Source of the DNA: an uncultured delta proteobacterium
GTDB taxonomy: Bacteria > Myxococcota_A > Polyangia > Fen-1088
NCBI GenBank assembly: GCA_963796685.1
Contig: CAWCMR010000022.1
Location: forward strand, 96,001 to 160,000
Direction of reading: 5' to 3'
DNA: 64,000 nucleotides
Shown here one piece after another: positions 33,375 to 44,434 of the stretch. How positions within the stretch are numbered: position 1 is the stretch's first letter; each line of letters begins with the position of its first letter. The position numbers and the translations under genes were made by a program. The notes under the pieces were generated by a model. It was given only the letters and a program-made list of their open reading frames with translations. It was not told the origin of the DNA and ran no database searches.

Positions 33375-35540
33375 GTGACGTCTGAGCGGAAACTTGGCGA
33401 TTATGTGGCGGAAGTTTCCGAACGAGCGGATGTCCGCGTAGGCGTTCCCTTACCCTTGGGAACCTATAAGCAGGACGGAGGAGTCAACTTTGCCCTCTTC
33501 AGCCGCCATGCAAGCCGGGTACGGTTGGAACTGTTCGAACATCCTATGGACGGGAAGCCCTCCAGAGCGATTGACCTCGATCGAGAACGGAATCGGACCG
33601 GCGACGTGTGGCACGTCTGGGTAAAGGGAATCACTTCTGGGCAACTCTATGCCTATCGAGTGGACGGACCCTACCAACCAGGCGAAGGGCACCGCTTCAA
33701 TTTCAACAGACTTCTCCTGGATCCGTTCGCCAACGCGATCTCCCCGCTGCCCAAGTGGGATTTCAAGCCGGCACGTGGATATGACCCCTCGGCACCAGAA
33801 CAAGACTTGGCTATCTCGAAGCTAGACGATGCCCAATCCATGCCCAAGTGCGTGGTTGTGGACGAGCCCTTCGACTGGGACGCGGACCGGCCGCCTAGGC
33901 ATTCGTGGTCGGAAACCGTGATCTACGAGGTACATGTCCGAGGCATCACCATTCATCCGAGCTCGGGCGTGGCCCATCGCGGAACCTACCGAGGTCTGAT
34001 GGAGAAGATTCCCTACCTCAAGAGCCTCGGGGTGACGGCAGTGGAACTGATGCCTGTGCAGGAGTTCAATGAGGCTGCGGTTGGGCGAAACGATTCACCA
34101 ACGAGCCAAGCACTCAAGAACTACTGGGGATACGATCCCGTTGTCTTCTGCGCACCGAAAGGCTCGTACAGCAGCTCCGGAGGTTGCGGTCAGCAGAAGT
34201 TGGAGTTTAAGCAAATGGTGCGGGCCTTTCACAAGGCAGGAATCGAAGTGCTCCTGGATGTGGTATTCAATCACACCGCCGAGGGAGACGAGCTGGGGCC
34301 GACGCTCAATCTTCGCGGAATGGACAACGCGATCTTCTACACCCTGGCTGATGACAAACGCTACTACAAGGACTTCACGGGCACGGGCAATACCATCAAC
34401 GCAAATCATCCTGTCGTACGAGACCACATCTTGGGAGCACTGCGCACGTGGGTGATCGAGATGCACGTGGACGGCTTTCGATTCGACCTGGCATCGGTTC
34501 TAAGTCGAGACAGCACAGGCAAATTGCTCACCAATGCCCCATTGCTCGAACGTATCGCCCAGGATCCAATCCTGCGAGATGTGAAGCTCATCGCCGAGGC
34601 ATGGGATGCCGCTGGCGCCTACGAGGTCGGCAGCTTTTCAGAACGCCGATGGGCGGAATGGAATGGACGATATAGAGATGACGTACGCCGATTCTGGCGC
34701 GGCGATGCGGGGATGCTCGGTCTGTTTGCCAGTCGGATCTGTGGCAGCGCAGACATCTACAGCAAATCGGGCAAAGGCCCAGAGAGCAGCATCAACTTCA
34801 TCGCCTGTCACGACGGCTTCACCTTGAACGACCTGGTGAGCTATCGCAGCAAACACAATGAGGCCAACGGAGAAGACAACCGAGATGGCACGGACTACGA
34901 CTTCAGCGACAACCACGGCGTGGAAGGGCCCACCACCGATCCGGCAATCGAAACCCTGCGCAAACGCCAGATCAAAAACTTTCTCTTGACCCTATTCGTA
35001 TCGCGTGGCGTGCCAATGCTGCTCGCTGGCGACGAAGCTCGGCGTACACAGGGCGGTAACAACAACGCCTATTGCCAGGATAACGCGACTAGCTGGTTCG
35101 ACTGGGCCTCGCTAGAGCAGCACCGGGAAGTTCTTCGCTTCGCGCGCGGCATGATCGCATTTCGGCGGGCTCATCCCGTCCTGAGCAAAGAGCGATTCTA
35201 TGCAGATAAGGACATCCGTTGGTTTGGCACGCGGGGGGGGCTGCCGAATTGGGCTGAGCCGCAGGCAAAGCAGCTAGCTTGCTTCGTCAGAGAGGATGGG
35301 CAGAATTCACTCTGTCTGCTGTTTAACGCCGGCAAGGAGAGCGCCGACTTCCATCTGCCAGGGCAGCATTCGCCGTCTCGTTGGTGCATTGCGGCCGACA
35401 CCGGGCAGGATGAGGCAAAGGATCTGTTCGCGGCAGGCAAGGAACCGCGGCTCGAAGACTCTCGCGGCTATCGATTGGGCGCACATTCCAGCGCCATACT
35501 GCTGCTCCGAGGAACGGATGAGGAACCCGATGCCAATTAG
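33375..35540 (+). CDS. glgX: Glycogen debranching enzyme (start uncertain)
   Basis: NFALFS, NYWGYDP, DVVFNHTAEG, DGFRFDLA, HDGFTLNDLVSY, GGNNNAYCQDN. Confidence 0.93.
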   Translation: MTSERKLGDYVAEVSERADVRVGVPLPLGTYKQDGGVNFALFSRHASRVRLELFEHPMDGKPSRAIDLDRERNRTGDVWHVWVKGITSGQLYAYRVDGPYQPGEGHRFNFNRLLLDPFANAISPLPKWDFKPARGYDPSAPEQDLAISKLDDAQSMPKCVVVDEPFDWDADRPPRHSWSETVIYEVHVRGITIHPSSGVAHRGTYRGLMEKIPYLKSLGVTAVELMPVQEFNEAAVGRNDSPTSQALKNYWGYDPVVFCAPKGSYSSSGGCGQQKLEFKQMVRAFHKAGIEVLLDVVFNHTAEGDELGPTLNLRGMDNAIFYTLADDKRYYKDFTGTGNTINANHPVVRDHILGALRTWVIEMHVDGFRFDLASVLSRDSTGKLLTNAPLLERIAQDPILRDVKLIAEAWDAAGAYEVGSFSERRWAEWNGRYRDDVRRFWRGDAGMLGLFASRICGSADIYSKSGKGPESSINFIACHDGFTLNDLVSYRSKHNEANGEDNRDGTDYDFSDNHGVEGPTTDPAIETLRKRQIKNFLLTLFVSRGVPMLLAGDEARRTQGGNNNAYCQDNATSWFDWASLEQHREVLRFARGMIAFRRAHPVLSKERFYADKDIRWFGTRGGLPNWAEPQAKQLACFVREDGQNSLCLLFNAGKESADFHLPGQHSPSRWCIAADTGQDEAKDLFAAGKEPRLEDSRGYRLGAHSSAILLLRGTDEEPDAN

Positions 35541-36159
35541 GACGTTGTTCGTGGACATTGGAGGGGTACTGCTCAGCGACGGATGGGATAATCACGCTCG
35601 CAGAAGGGCGGCCAAGAAATTCAAGCTCGAGTCAGCCGAGATGGAAATACGACACCAGATGACCTTCGACACCTACGAGGAAGGCAGACTGACTGAGGAA
35701 GAGTATCTGAACCACGTGGTCTTCTTTCGAAGGCGGACGTTCACTCGGGCGCAGTTTCGGAAATTCATGTTCGCTCAATCGACGCCCTACCCCAAGATGC
35801 TCGCGCTGGTTGGTGAGCTCAAGGCAAAGTACAAGCTAAAGGTCGTCGCGGTTAGCAACGAGGCTCGCGTACTGAATGACTACCGCATTCAAGAGTTCAA
35901 GCTCGACAAGATGATAGATGCGTACGTCTCGTCGTGCTATGTCCACCTACGCAAGCCTGATGCGGACATTTTTCGGCTGGCGTTGGATGTTGCACACACG
36001 CCAGTGCAACAAGTGGCTTACGTCGAAAACACCCCAATGTTCGTCGAGATTGCGACCAGTTTGGGAATACGAAGCGTTCTTCACACGGGCTACAGGTCCA
36101 CGTGCGCCAAACTGGCCTCATTCGGCTTGCGGAACGGCGAAGAGAAGAGGGGTCGATGA
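35530..36159 (+). CDS. HAD-family phosphatase
   Basis: FVDIGGVLL, VSNE, RKPDADIF. Confidence 0.85.
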   Translation: MPIRTLFVDIGGVLLSDGWDNHARRRAAKKFKLESAEMEIRHQMTFDTYEEGRLTEEEYLNHVVFFRRRTFTRAQFRKFMFAQSTPYPKMLALVGELKAKYKLKVVAVSNEARVLNDYRIQEFKLDKMIDAYVSSCYVHLRKPDADIFRLALDVAHTPVQQVAYVENTPMFVEIATSLGIRSVLHTGYRSTCAKLASFGLRNGEEKRGR

Positions 36160-37427
36160 AGCCAACTAGCCGACGCATTCTGACGGTCAACGGCGGCTCC
36201 TCGAGCATCAAATTTGCTCTGTTCGAGGTCGGCGACTCGTTTCGACGCATATTGAAAGGTGGGATCGAGCGGATCGGCCAACCAGATGCTACCTTCTCTG
36301 TGAAAAGTCCGAACCAGCGGGATACATCCTCTTGGTCGGTGGCGGCACCGGATCATACTGCGGCGGTCGGCGCTCTAATGGATTGGGTTGCGGAGCGCGG
36401 CCGGAGCGATGAATTATTCGCGGTAGGTCATCGCCTGGTGCATGGCGGGCCGGCGTATAGCAGCCCGCAACGCATCACCGAGGCAATGGTCGAGGCGCTA
36501 CACCGGCTCAGCCCCTTCGATCCTGAGCATCTGCCTGAAGAGATCCTGTTGACCGAGGCATTTCACCGTCGGTTCCCGGACCTGCCTCAAGTGGCGTGTT
36601 TCGACACCGCCTTTCACAATGAGCTGCCTCGCGTGGCCCGGTTGCTACCGATCCCACGACGTTACGAAGCCCAGGGGGTGCGGCGTTACGGGTTTCATGG
36701 CCTGTCGTATGCCTTTCTCATGGGTGAGCTTGCTCGGCTGGCCGGCGCGGAAGCGGCAGAGGGCAAGGTGATCCTCGCCCACCTTGGCAATGGTTCGAGC
36801 CTGGCCGCGGTAAACCATGGGAAATCCGTGGATACCAGCATGGGCTTCACGCCGACAGCAGGGGTGCCAATGAGTACCCGCTCGGGCGACCTCGATCCCG
36901 GCCTGGTTTGGTATCTGGCGCGCACTGAAAAGATGACGGCAAAGCAGTTCAATGAGATGACCAACTTCCATTCCGGACTACTCGGGGTGTCCGAGACCAC
37001 TTCCGACATGCGTGAGCTGCTCGACCGCGAAAAGGAGGACGTGCGCGCAGCCGAGGCGGTGGCGCTATTCTGCTACCAGATCAAGAAATGGATCGGGTCA
37101 TTCGCAGCGGCGATGGGCGGACTGGACACGCTCGCGTTCGCTGGCGGTATCGGCGAAAACGCAAATGCAGTCCGTGCGCGGATTTGCAGAGATCTGGGTT
37201 TTCTAGGAATCGAGCTCGACGAGGAGCGCAACACCGCGAATGATGGTGTGATCTCCGCGGCGACCAGCCGGGTGGACGTCCGAGTGATTCACACCGATGA
37301 AGAGCTGATGATTGCGCGCTCCGTGTGCCGCGTCCTTGGGCTCGCAATTGCGAGTGAAGCAATGACGGAAGCCCCGACCACGCAGGACCACGAGCATCCA
37401 ACTGTGAGGAAAACGGAAGGAATATGA
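36156..37427 (+). CDS. ackA: Acetate/propionate kinase
   Basis: NGGSSSIK, GHRLVHGG, FDTAFH, RYGFHGLSY, HLGNGSS, GGIGEN, TDEE. Confidence 0.92.
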   Translation: MKPTSRRILTVNGGSSSIKFALFEVGDSFRRILKGGIERIGQPDATFSVKSPNQRDTSSWSVAAPDHTAAVGALMDWVAERGRSDELFAVGHRLVHGGPAYSSPQRITEAMVEALHRLSPFDPEHLPEEILLTEAFHRRFPDLPQVACFDTAFHNELPRVARLLPIPRRYEAQGVRRYGFHGLSYAFLMGELARLAGAEAAEGKVILAHLGNGSSLAAVNHGKSVDTSMGFTPTAGVPMSTRSGDLDPGLVWYLARTEKMTAKQFNEMTNFHSGLLGVSETTSDMRELLDREKEDVRAAEAVALFCYQIKKWIGSFAAAMGGLDTLAFAGGIGENANAVRARICRDLGFLGIELDEERNTANDGVISAATSRVDVRVIHTDEELMIARSVCRVLGLAIASEAMTEAPTTQDHEHPTVRKTEGI

Positions 37428-37594
37428 CCATGAAGAACACGACATCCACGACGAAGGACCCGATCTGCGGAATGACAGTGGACGGAGCAACGGCTTTCCA
37501 CGCCGAACGCGATGGCAAGACATACTCCTTTTGTAGCGATCACTGCCGGATGAAGTTCCTATCCACCCCGGAGGCTACCTCGCACGACGAGTAA
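37424..37594 (+). CDS. YHS-domain small protein (56 aa; absent from the ORF track)
   Basis: KDPICGMTVD...DGKTYSFCSDHCRMKF. Confidence 0.82.
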   Translation: MTMKNTTSTTKDPICGMTVDGATAFHAERDGKTYSFCSDHCRMKFLSTPEATSHDE

Positions 37595-37636
37595 CAGCGG
37601 AAGAGTCTTAACGCGAAGAGAGAAAGGGACATTGTC

Positions 37637-38407
37637 ATGCTATATAGAGCGAAGATACTAAGTGGTTACAAGCTGGACAGCCTCGACGGCGAGATGGGAA
37701 GGGTAGAAGAATTCTACTTCGACGACAAGCACTGGGTGGTTCGCTATTTGGTTGCCGATGCAGGCAGGTGGCTCACGGGACGACATGTGCTGCTATCGCC
37801 GTATGCGCTGGGCGCCGTGAGCGGCGAAAAGCACCGGGTTACGGTGGATTTGACGAAGAAGCAGATTCAGGACAGCCCCGCCTTGGATCGCGATAAACCT
37901 GTCTCCAGGCAATTCGAGGAATCGTATTATGGGTATTATGGCTGGCCCATGTATTGGGGTGGCCCGTACATGTGGGGCTCGTATCCCTACATTGCGCGCG
38001 ATCGTAAGGATTGGAAGAATCGCGCCAAGGCCGAGAACAACTGGGATCCGCATTTGCGCAGTACTTCGGATGTGACTGGGCATAAGATCGAAGCCAGCGA
38101 TGGCGCGATAGGGCACGTTGAAGACTTCATCATTGACGACGAGACCTGGGCGATTCGCTATCTCATCGTCGATACTCGGAACTGGTGGCCTGGAAAGCGT
38201 GTGCTTATCGCGCCGCAATGGATTGAGCGAGTCAGTTGGATGGAGTCGAAGGTCTTCGTCCGCCTCTCTCGCGAAGCGATCAAGCAGGCGCCGGAATTCA
38301 CCGAGGATTCTGTGCTGACTCGCGAGTATGAGGATGCTCTGCATCGGCATTACAATCGGCGGGGATACTGGACCGACGAGGCCGCGGCGCGGGCGGAATT
38401 CCGTTAA
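37637..38407 (+). CDS. Tandem PRC-barrel domain protein
   Basis: DGEMGRVEEFYFDDKHWVVRY; DPHLRS; DGAIGHVEDFIIDD. Confidence 0.88.
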   Translation: MLYRAKILSGYKLDSLDGEMGRVEEFYFDDKHWVVRYLVADAGRWLTGRHVLLSPYALGAVSGEKHRVTVDLTKKQIQDSPALDRDKPVSRQFEESYYGYYGWPMYWGGPYMWGSYPYIARDRKDWKNRAKAENNWDPHLRSTSDVTGHKIEASDGAIGHVEDFIIDDETWAIRYLIVDTRNWWPGKRVLIAPQWIERVSWMESKVFVRLSREAIKQAPEFTEDSVLTREYEDALHRHYNRRGYWTDEAAARAEFR

Positions 38408-38437
38408 CGGCTGCTCGCCTAGGAAAGGGACATTGTT

Positions 38438-38578
38438 ATGAACCATAATTACGGATGGATGGGCGGATGGATGAGTGGCCGGATGGGTGGGGGAGTGTGG
38501 ATTTGGCCGGTGAGTGCCGCGCTGATGGTGGCGCTGGTCATCGTCGTAATCGTGAAACTGTCAAGAAAGAGGCCGTGA
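38438..38578 (+). CDS. Small membrane peptide (46 aa; absent from the ORF track)
   Basis: [46 protein letters not shown]; GAAAGGGA RBS. Confidence 0.65.
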   Translation: MNHNYGWMGGWMSGRMGGGVWIWPVSAALMVALVIVVIVKLSRKRP

Positions 38579-38585
38579 GGTAACC

Positions 38586-40958
38586 ATGACTACCGATCCG
38601 CTGTCTCGGGAGCTGCTCCACAGGATGGATGCCTACTGGCGCGCCGCCAACTACCTGGCAGTCGGCCAGATCTATCTCTACGACAATCCGCTTTTGAGGC
38701 GACCGCTGACGCTGGCCGACGTGAAGCGCATGCTCCTGGGACACTGGGGCACGACCCCCGGCCAGAACTTCATTTACGTGCATTTGAACCGGGTCATCAA
38801 GAAATATGACCTCGACATGATCTACGTCTCGGGCCCAGGGCATGGTGGGCCGGCGGTCGTGGGCAACACCTATCTCGAGGGCACCTACAGCGAGATCTAC
38901 CCCAATGTTGGCCAGGACGAGGCCGGGCTTCGGAAGCTGTTCCTTCAGTTTTCGTTCCCTGGAGGCATCCCCAGCCACGCCTCGCCGGAATGCCCCGGGT
39001 CAATCCACGAAGGCGGCGAGCTCGGGTACTCGCTCAGCCATTCATTCGGGGCGGTCTTCGACAATCCCAATCTCACCGTCGCGTGTGTCGTGGGCGACGG
39101 AGAGGCCGAGACGGGACCTCTGGCCACGGCGTGGCAATCGAACAAGTTTCTCAACCCGATTAGCGACGGAGCCGTGCTGCCGATCTTGCACCTCAATGGC
39201 TACAAGATCAGCAACCCTACGGTCCTCGCCCGGATCGAGCATGAGGAATTGGAGCAATTCCTACGAGGTTGTGGTTGGACGCCCCTTTTTGTAGAGGGCG
39301 ATGAGCCAGAGAAGATGCATCAGCTCATGGCCAGTACTCTGGACCTGGCCATGGAGAGCATTCGCCAAATCCAAAGCCATGCTAGGGGCAACAACGACTC
39401 GGCCCGGCCACGCTGGCCAATGATCGTGCTCAGATCGCCCAAGGGTTGGACAGGTCCCAAGATGGTCGATGGCCTGCAGGTTGAAGGCACATTCCGCGCG
39501 CACCAGGTGCCGCTCTCCGATCCGGCCACCCATCCCGAGCACCTCAAGCTCCTGGAAGACTGGCTGCGCAGCTATCGGCCGGAGGAGCTCTTCGATGCGC
39601 AGGGGCGCCTGAAGCCGGAGCTGGCCGAGCTGGCGCCGAAGGGCGATCGACGCATGGGTGCCAACCCGCATGCCAATGGCGGCATTTTGCTCCGGGACCT
39701 GCGGATGCCGGATTTCCGAGACTACGCGGAGGCCGTGCCAGCACCAGGGGCTCGCGGAATCGGCGACGTGCATGTACTCGGCCCGTTCCTGCGCGATGTG
39801 GCCAAGCTGAACGCGGAGAAGCGCAACTTCCGCGTCTTCGGGCCGGACGAGACGCTCTCCAACGGTCTGGAAGCCCTCTTCCAGGTGACGAAGCGCCAGT
39901 GGAACGCGGCGACCGTGCCGAACGACGAATTTCTCGCCCCCGCAGGACAGGTGCTGGATTCGATGCTCAGCGAGCACCAGTGCGAGGGCTGGCTGGAAGG
40001 GTACTTGCTCACCGGGCGGCACGGCATGTTCAACTGTTACGAAGCATTCATCCACATCATCGATTCGATGTTCAATCAGCACGCCAAGTGGCTCAAGGTC
40101 ACGGCGCACCTACCATGGCGGCGGAAGATCGCCTCGCTGAACTACCTGCTGGCGTCGCATGTCTGGCGGCAGGACCATAATGGCTTCACCCACCAGGATC
40201 CCGGCTTCATCGACCACGTCGTGAACAAGAAGGCGGAGATCGTGCGGGTCTATCTTCCGCCGGACGCCAATTGCCTGCTGTCGGTGATGGACCACTGCCT
40301 GCGCAGCCGCCACTATATCAACGTTGTGATCGCGGGCAAGCACCCCGCGCCTCAATGGCTGACCATGGACGCAGCCGTCAAACACTGCACCGAGGGCATT
40401 GGCATCTGGCAGTGGGCCAGCAACGACCAGGGGGTTGCCCCGGATGTGGTCATGGCCTGCTGTGGCGATGTGCCGACGCTGGAGACGCTCGCCGCCGTTT
40501 CCATCATGCGCGAACATTTGCCCGAGCTGAAGATCCGGGTCGTCAATGTCGTCGATCTCATGAGGTTGCAACCGCAATCCGAGCATCCGCACGGGCTCAG
40601 CGATGTGGACTTCGACGAGCTCTTCACCAAGGACAAGCCGGTCATTTTCGCCTACCACGCCTACCCGTGGTTGATCCACCGGCTTACCTACCGCCGGACC
40701 AACCACGACAACATCCACGCCCGGGGGTACAAGGAAGAAGGGACCATCACCACCCCTTTCGACATGACGGTATTGAACGATTTGGACCGCTTCCACCTGG
40801 TGATGGACGTCATCGACCGCTTGCCCAAGACTGGCGAAAATGGCATCTACCTGAAGCAGCAACTGAAGGACAAGCTTGTCGAGCACAAGCAATACATCGA
40901 GAAATACGGTGAGGATCTGCCGGAGATTCGGAACTGGAAGTGGGATCCACGCCAATGA
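38586..40958 (+). CDS. xfp: Xylulose-5-P/fructose-6-P phosphoketolase
   Basis: [55 protein letters not shown]. Confidence 0.95.
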   Translation: MTTDPLSRELLHRMDAYWRAANYLAVGQIYLYDNPLLRRPLTLADVKRMLLGHWGTTPGQNFIYVHLNRVIKKYDLDMIYVSGPGHGGPAVVGNTYLEGTYSEIYPNVGQDEAGLRKLFLQFSFPGGIPSHASPECPGSIHEGGELGYSLSHSFGAVFDNPNLTVACVVGDGEAETGPLATAWQSNKFLNPISDGAVLPILHLNGYKISNPTVLARIEHEELEQFLRGCGWTPLFVEGDEPEKMHQLMASTLDLAMESIRQIQSHARGNNDSARPRWPMIVLRSPKGWTGPKMVDGLQVEGTFRAHQVPLSDPATHPEHLKLLEDWLRSYRPEELFDAQGRLKPELAELAPKGDRRMGANPHANGGILLRDLRMPDFRDYAEAVPAPGARGIGDVHVLGPFLRDVAKLNAEKRNFRVFGPDETLSNGLEALFQVTKRQWNAATVPNDEFLAPAGQVLDSMLSEHQCEGWLEGYLLTGRHGMFNCYEAFIHIIDSMFNQHAKWLKVTAHLPWRRKIASLNYLLASHVWRQDHNGFTHQDPGFIDHVVNKKAEIVRVYLPPDANCLLSVMDHCLRSRHYINVVIAGKHPAPQWLTMDAAVKHCTEGIGIWQWASNDQGVAPDVVMACCGDVPTLETLAAVSIMREHLPELKIRVVNVVDLMRLQPQSEHPHGLSDVDFDELFTKDKPVIFAYHAYPWLIHRLTYRRTNHDNIHARGYKEEGTITTPFDMTVLNDLDRFHLVMDVIDRLPKTGENGIYLKQQLKDKLVEHKQYIEKYGEDLPEIRNWKWDPRQ

Positions 40959-41978
40959 ACACCCGTGGGCTTATAGATACCGCGAAGACGCTGGTGGCTG
41001 GCGACAGGGGACTTCTGGCGATGGATGAGAGCAATCCAACCTGCAACAAGCGATTCGCAAAGTTGGGAATTCCACAGACCGAGGATGCGCGGCGGTCGTA
41101 TCGAGAGCTAATTGTCACTACCCCCGGACTCGGGGAGAGCATTAGTGGCGCGATCCTCTACGACGAGACGATTCGTCAGCAGAAGAAGGATGGCACTCCC
41201 TTTGTTGCAGCCATCATCGACGCTGGAATCATACCGGGCATCAAAGTCGACACCGGGGCAAAGAACATGGCTGGGCACTGCGGAGAGAAGGTGACCGAGG
41301 GCCTGGACGGGTTACGCGGGCGCTTGGCCGAATATTCCAAGATAGGCGCCCGCTTTGCCAAGTGGCGCGCTGTGTTTGCCGTGGCCGACAAGACTCCCAG
41401 CCGCAGCTGCGTCGAAGCGAATGCGCACGCGCTGGCGCGCTACGCGGGCTTGTGCCAGGAGGCCGGGATTGTCCCCGTCGTCGAGCCGGAAGTGCTCATG
41501 GTCGGCGAGCACACCTTGGAACGGTGCCGTGAGGTAACGGAGGAGGTCCTGCGAGCGGTCTTCAACCAGCTTTACGGCCAGCGGGTGATGCTGGAAGGAA
41601 TGCTTCTGAAGCCCAACATGGTCGTTCCGGGATTGACCTGCCCCACGCAAGAGACGGTGGACGAGGTGGCCGATGCCACGGTGAGATGTCTCTTGCGCGC
41701 CGTCCCCGCCGCTGTGCCAGGAATTGCGTTCCTGTCGGGCGGCCAATCCGGCGAGCTGGCCTCGGCCCGCCTGAGTACCATGAATGCCAGATTCAAGTCG
41801 CAGACTGCCTTGGGCGTTGGCGTTTTCGTTTGCGCGTGCCATCCAACAACCCGCATTGGAGATCTGGCAAGGCGAGGAGGCGAACGTGCCGGCGGCACAG
41901 AAAGCTCTCTACCATCGAGCCAAATGCAACCAGGTGGCGCGCCGCGGGCAATACAACTCCACGATGGAGGGGGTTTGA
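40955..41978 (+). pseudogene. Class I fructose-bisphosphate aldolase with a +1 frameshift near 41801
   Basis: GLLAMDES, GIKVDTG, FAKWR, LKPNMV, FLSGGQ; C-terminus LPWALAFSFARAIQ lies in the shifted frame (ORF 41784..41978). Confidence 0.85.
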
Positions 41979-41980
41979 CC

Positions 41981-44434
41981 ATGAAGCCAGCTAGCCATCC
42001 TGCACCAGGCGGGCCCGGGATTTCGGCGCGCTGGACTTCCAGCGCTAAGACGGGCGTCGGCACGGCGCTGAGCGATAGGAGCCGCGTCTGGTTCACGCTG
42101 AGCCATGGCATCTTCAACGAGATCTATTATCCCCGCATTGACCAGGCCTGCGTACGCGACCTGGGGATGGTCGTCACCGATGGCGCGGATTTCTTTTCCG
42201 AGGAGAAGCGGGATGTTCGACATGAAGCTGCATGGTTGAGCGATGGTGTCCCGGGATTTCGCCTGGTCAACACCTGTCGTGATGGCCGTTACCGCATCGA
42301 AAAGCAGATTGTGACCGATCCGCACCGGGACACGGTGTTACAGCAGGTTTCGTTTCACGCACAACAAGGCGCATTGTCGGACTATCACCTATCCGTCCTG
42401 CTCGCGCCCCACTTGCAAAATCACGGCGGGGGCAATACCGCGTGGGTGGACGATTTCGAGGGAGCGCCATTGCTATTTGCGCAGCGGAACGATTGCGCGT
42501 TGGCTCTAGCTTGTTCCGCGCCGTGGACCAAGCGGTCGGTTGGCTACGTCGGTGCTTCGGACGGCTGGCAGGATTTGAAGGCCCATCACCAGATGACGTG
42601 GGAATACACGCGGGCGGAAAATGGCAACGTGGCTTTGACCGCCGAAATCGATCTTTCGCAATCGAACGGAAGGTTCGTTCTGGCACTTGGTTTTGGCAAA
42701 GACCCGGATGAAGCGGCCCGGAATGCCATCGGCAGCCTGCGCGATGGTTTCGAGAAGGCGAAGCACGACTACATCGCCGGCTGGCAGAAATGGACCAAAA
42801 CGCACGCCTCGCTTGACCAAGAAGAAGCCGCTGTGGGCAATCTTGCCCCAAAGAGCCTCGCCGTCCTTCGCACGCATGAATCCAAGCAGGCCCGCGGTGC
42901 CATCATCGCCAGCCTCGCGATTCCGTGGGGGTTCAATCAGGGGGACGATGATCAGGGGGGATATCATCTCGTCTGGTCGCGTGACATGGTGGAGACAGCG
43001 GGCGGTTTGCTCGCTGCCCGGGCGCACGAAGACGCCCGCCGGGTGCTCTCATTCTTGCAGCGAACCCAGCAGCCGGACGGTCACTGGTCGCAGAACATGT
43101 GGTTGAATGGTTCGCCCTACTGGAACGGAATCCAAATGGACGAGACGGCGTTGCCGATCCTGCTGGTGGACTTGGCACGGCGCGAGAATGCCCTGGCTGA
43201 AGGCGGCTTTGAAAAGTATTGGGCGATGGTGAAGAGGGCTGCCGGTTATCTGGCGCGCAACGGCCCGGTCAGCCAGCAGGATCGCTGGGAGGAAGATCCC
43301 GGCTATACCCCGTTCACCGTCGCGGCGGAAATCGCGGCATTGCTGGCGGCGGCAGAGTTGGCCGAATTGAACCACGAAGCCTCCCTGGCGAACCACCTCC
43401 GCGAGATCGCCGATGTTTGGAATGATTCCATCGAGCGTTGGATGTATATGTCCGCGACCGACTGGCGCCAGAAGTTCAAGGTCGAAGGATACTATGTCCG
43501 CATCGCTCCGAAGCAGACGGGTGCCGGGGCAAGTCTCCAACAGAATGTGCGCGTCAAGAACGTCAAAGCATCGGAGGACACCCGGCGGGCTAGTCATCTG
43601 ATCAGTCCGGACGCGCTGGCGCTGGTGCGTTTCGGCTTGCGGGCGGCCGATGATTCGCGGATTCGCGACACCGCCAAAGTCATCGACGCCTTGCTCAGGG
43701 TGGAGACCCCGACCGGTCCCACGTGGCATCGCTACAACGACGATGGCTATGGCGAGCATGAGGATGGTTTGCCGTTTGACGGAACCGGAATTGGCCGTGG
43801 CTGGCCGCTGCTCACCGGCGAGCGGGCACACTACGAGCTGGCTGCCGGCCGCGGGGAAATTGCAAAACAACTTCTGGCCACCATGGAATCATTCGCCAAC
43901 GAAAGCGGTTTGATTCCGGAGCAAGTCTGGGATTCCCCCGACATCGCGGAACGCGAGCTTCATCTGGGCCGACCTTCCGGCTCTGCCATGCCGCTGGTCT
44001 GGGCGCACGCCGAATATCTAAAGCTGCGGCGCTCGCTGCACGATGGCAGGCTTTTCGACCAACCACCGCAAACGGTGCAACGCTATCTGAAGAAGAAGAC
44101 CGTATCCCCGCGCCTGACGTGGCGGTTTAACCACAAGCTGCGCTCGCTGCCGCCCGGAAAACTTCTGCGCGTCGAGTTGATGGCTCCGGGAGTCATTCAC
44201 TGGACTGCCGACGATTGGAAAACCTGCCAAGACTTGAAGACTCACGATGCCGGGCTCGAAATTCATATGGCCGACCTTCCCACCCAGTCGCTGCCCGAAG
44301 GCAAGCAGGTGAAATTCACCTTCTACTGGCCGGACACAGATCATTGGGAAGGCAGCGATTTCGTGGTTCAAATTAGTAGATGGCGCAGAGGGGACTTTGT
44401 CTCGACCGAAGGGAGCGGGACAAATGGGACATGA
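41981..44434 (+). CDS. Glucoamylase/glucan 1,4-alpha-glucosidase (GH15)
   Basis: APGGPG..WTSSAKTG, GGYHLVWSRD, QQDRWEE, RYNDDGYGE, SAMPLVWAHAEY. Confidence 0.9.
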   Translation: MKPASHPAPGGPGISARWTSSAKTGVGTALSDRSRVWFTLSHGIFNEIYYPRIDQACVRDLGMVVTDGADFFSEEKRDVRHEAAWLSDGVPGFRLVNTCRDGRYRIEKQIVTDPHRDTVLQQVSFHAQQGALSDYHLSVLLAPHLQNHGGGNTAWVDDFEGAPLLFAQRNDCALALACSAPWTKRSVGYVGASDGWQDLKAHHQMTWEYTRAENGNVALTAEIDLSQSNGRFVLALGFGKDPDEAARNAIGSLRDGFEKAKHDYIAGWQKWTKTHASLDQEEAAVGNLAPKSLAVLRTHESKQARGAIIASLAIPWGFNQGDDDQGGYHLVWSRDMVETAGGLLAARAHEDARRVLSFLQRTQQPDGHWSQNMWLNGSPYWNGIQMDETALPILLVDLARRENALAEGGFEKYWAMVKRAAGYLARNGPVSQQDRWEEDPGYTPFTVAAEIAALLAAAELAELNHEASLANHLREIADVWNDSIERWMYMSATDWRQKFKVEGYYVRIAPKQTGAGASLQQNVRVKNVKASEDTRRASHLISPDALALVRFGLRAADDSRIRDTAKVIDALLRVETPTGPTWHRYNDDGYGEHEDGLPFDGTGIGRGWPLLTGERAHYELAAGRGEIAKQLLATMESFANESGLIPEQVWDSPDIAERELHLGRPSGSAMPLVWAHAEYLKLRRSLHDGRLFDQPPQTVQRYLKKKTVSPRLTWRFNHKLRSLPPGKLLRVELMAPGVIHWTADDWKTCQDLKTHDAGLEIHMADLPTQSLPEGKQVKFTFYWPDTDHWEGSDFVVQISRWRRGDFVSTEGSGTNGT

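Noticed and set aside
40940-44434. Apparent 1164-aa aldolase-glucoamylase fusion
   Set aside because: Caused by a +1 frameshift near 41801. The true aldolase C-terminus is in another frame ending at 41978, and glucoamylase has its own ATG at 41981.
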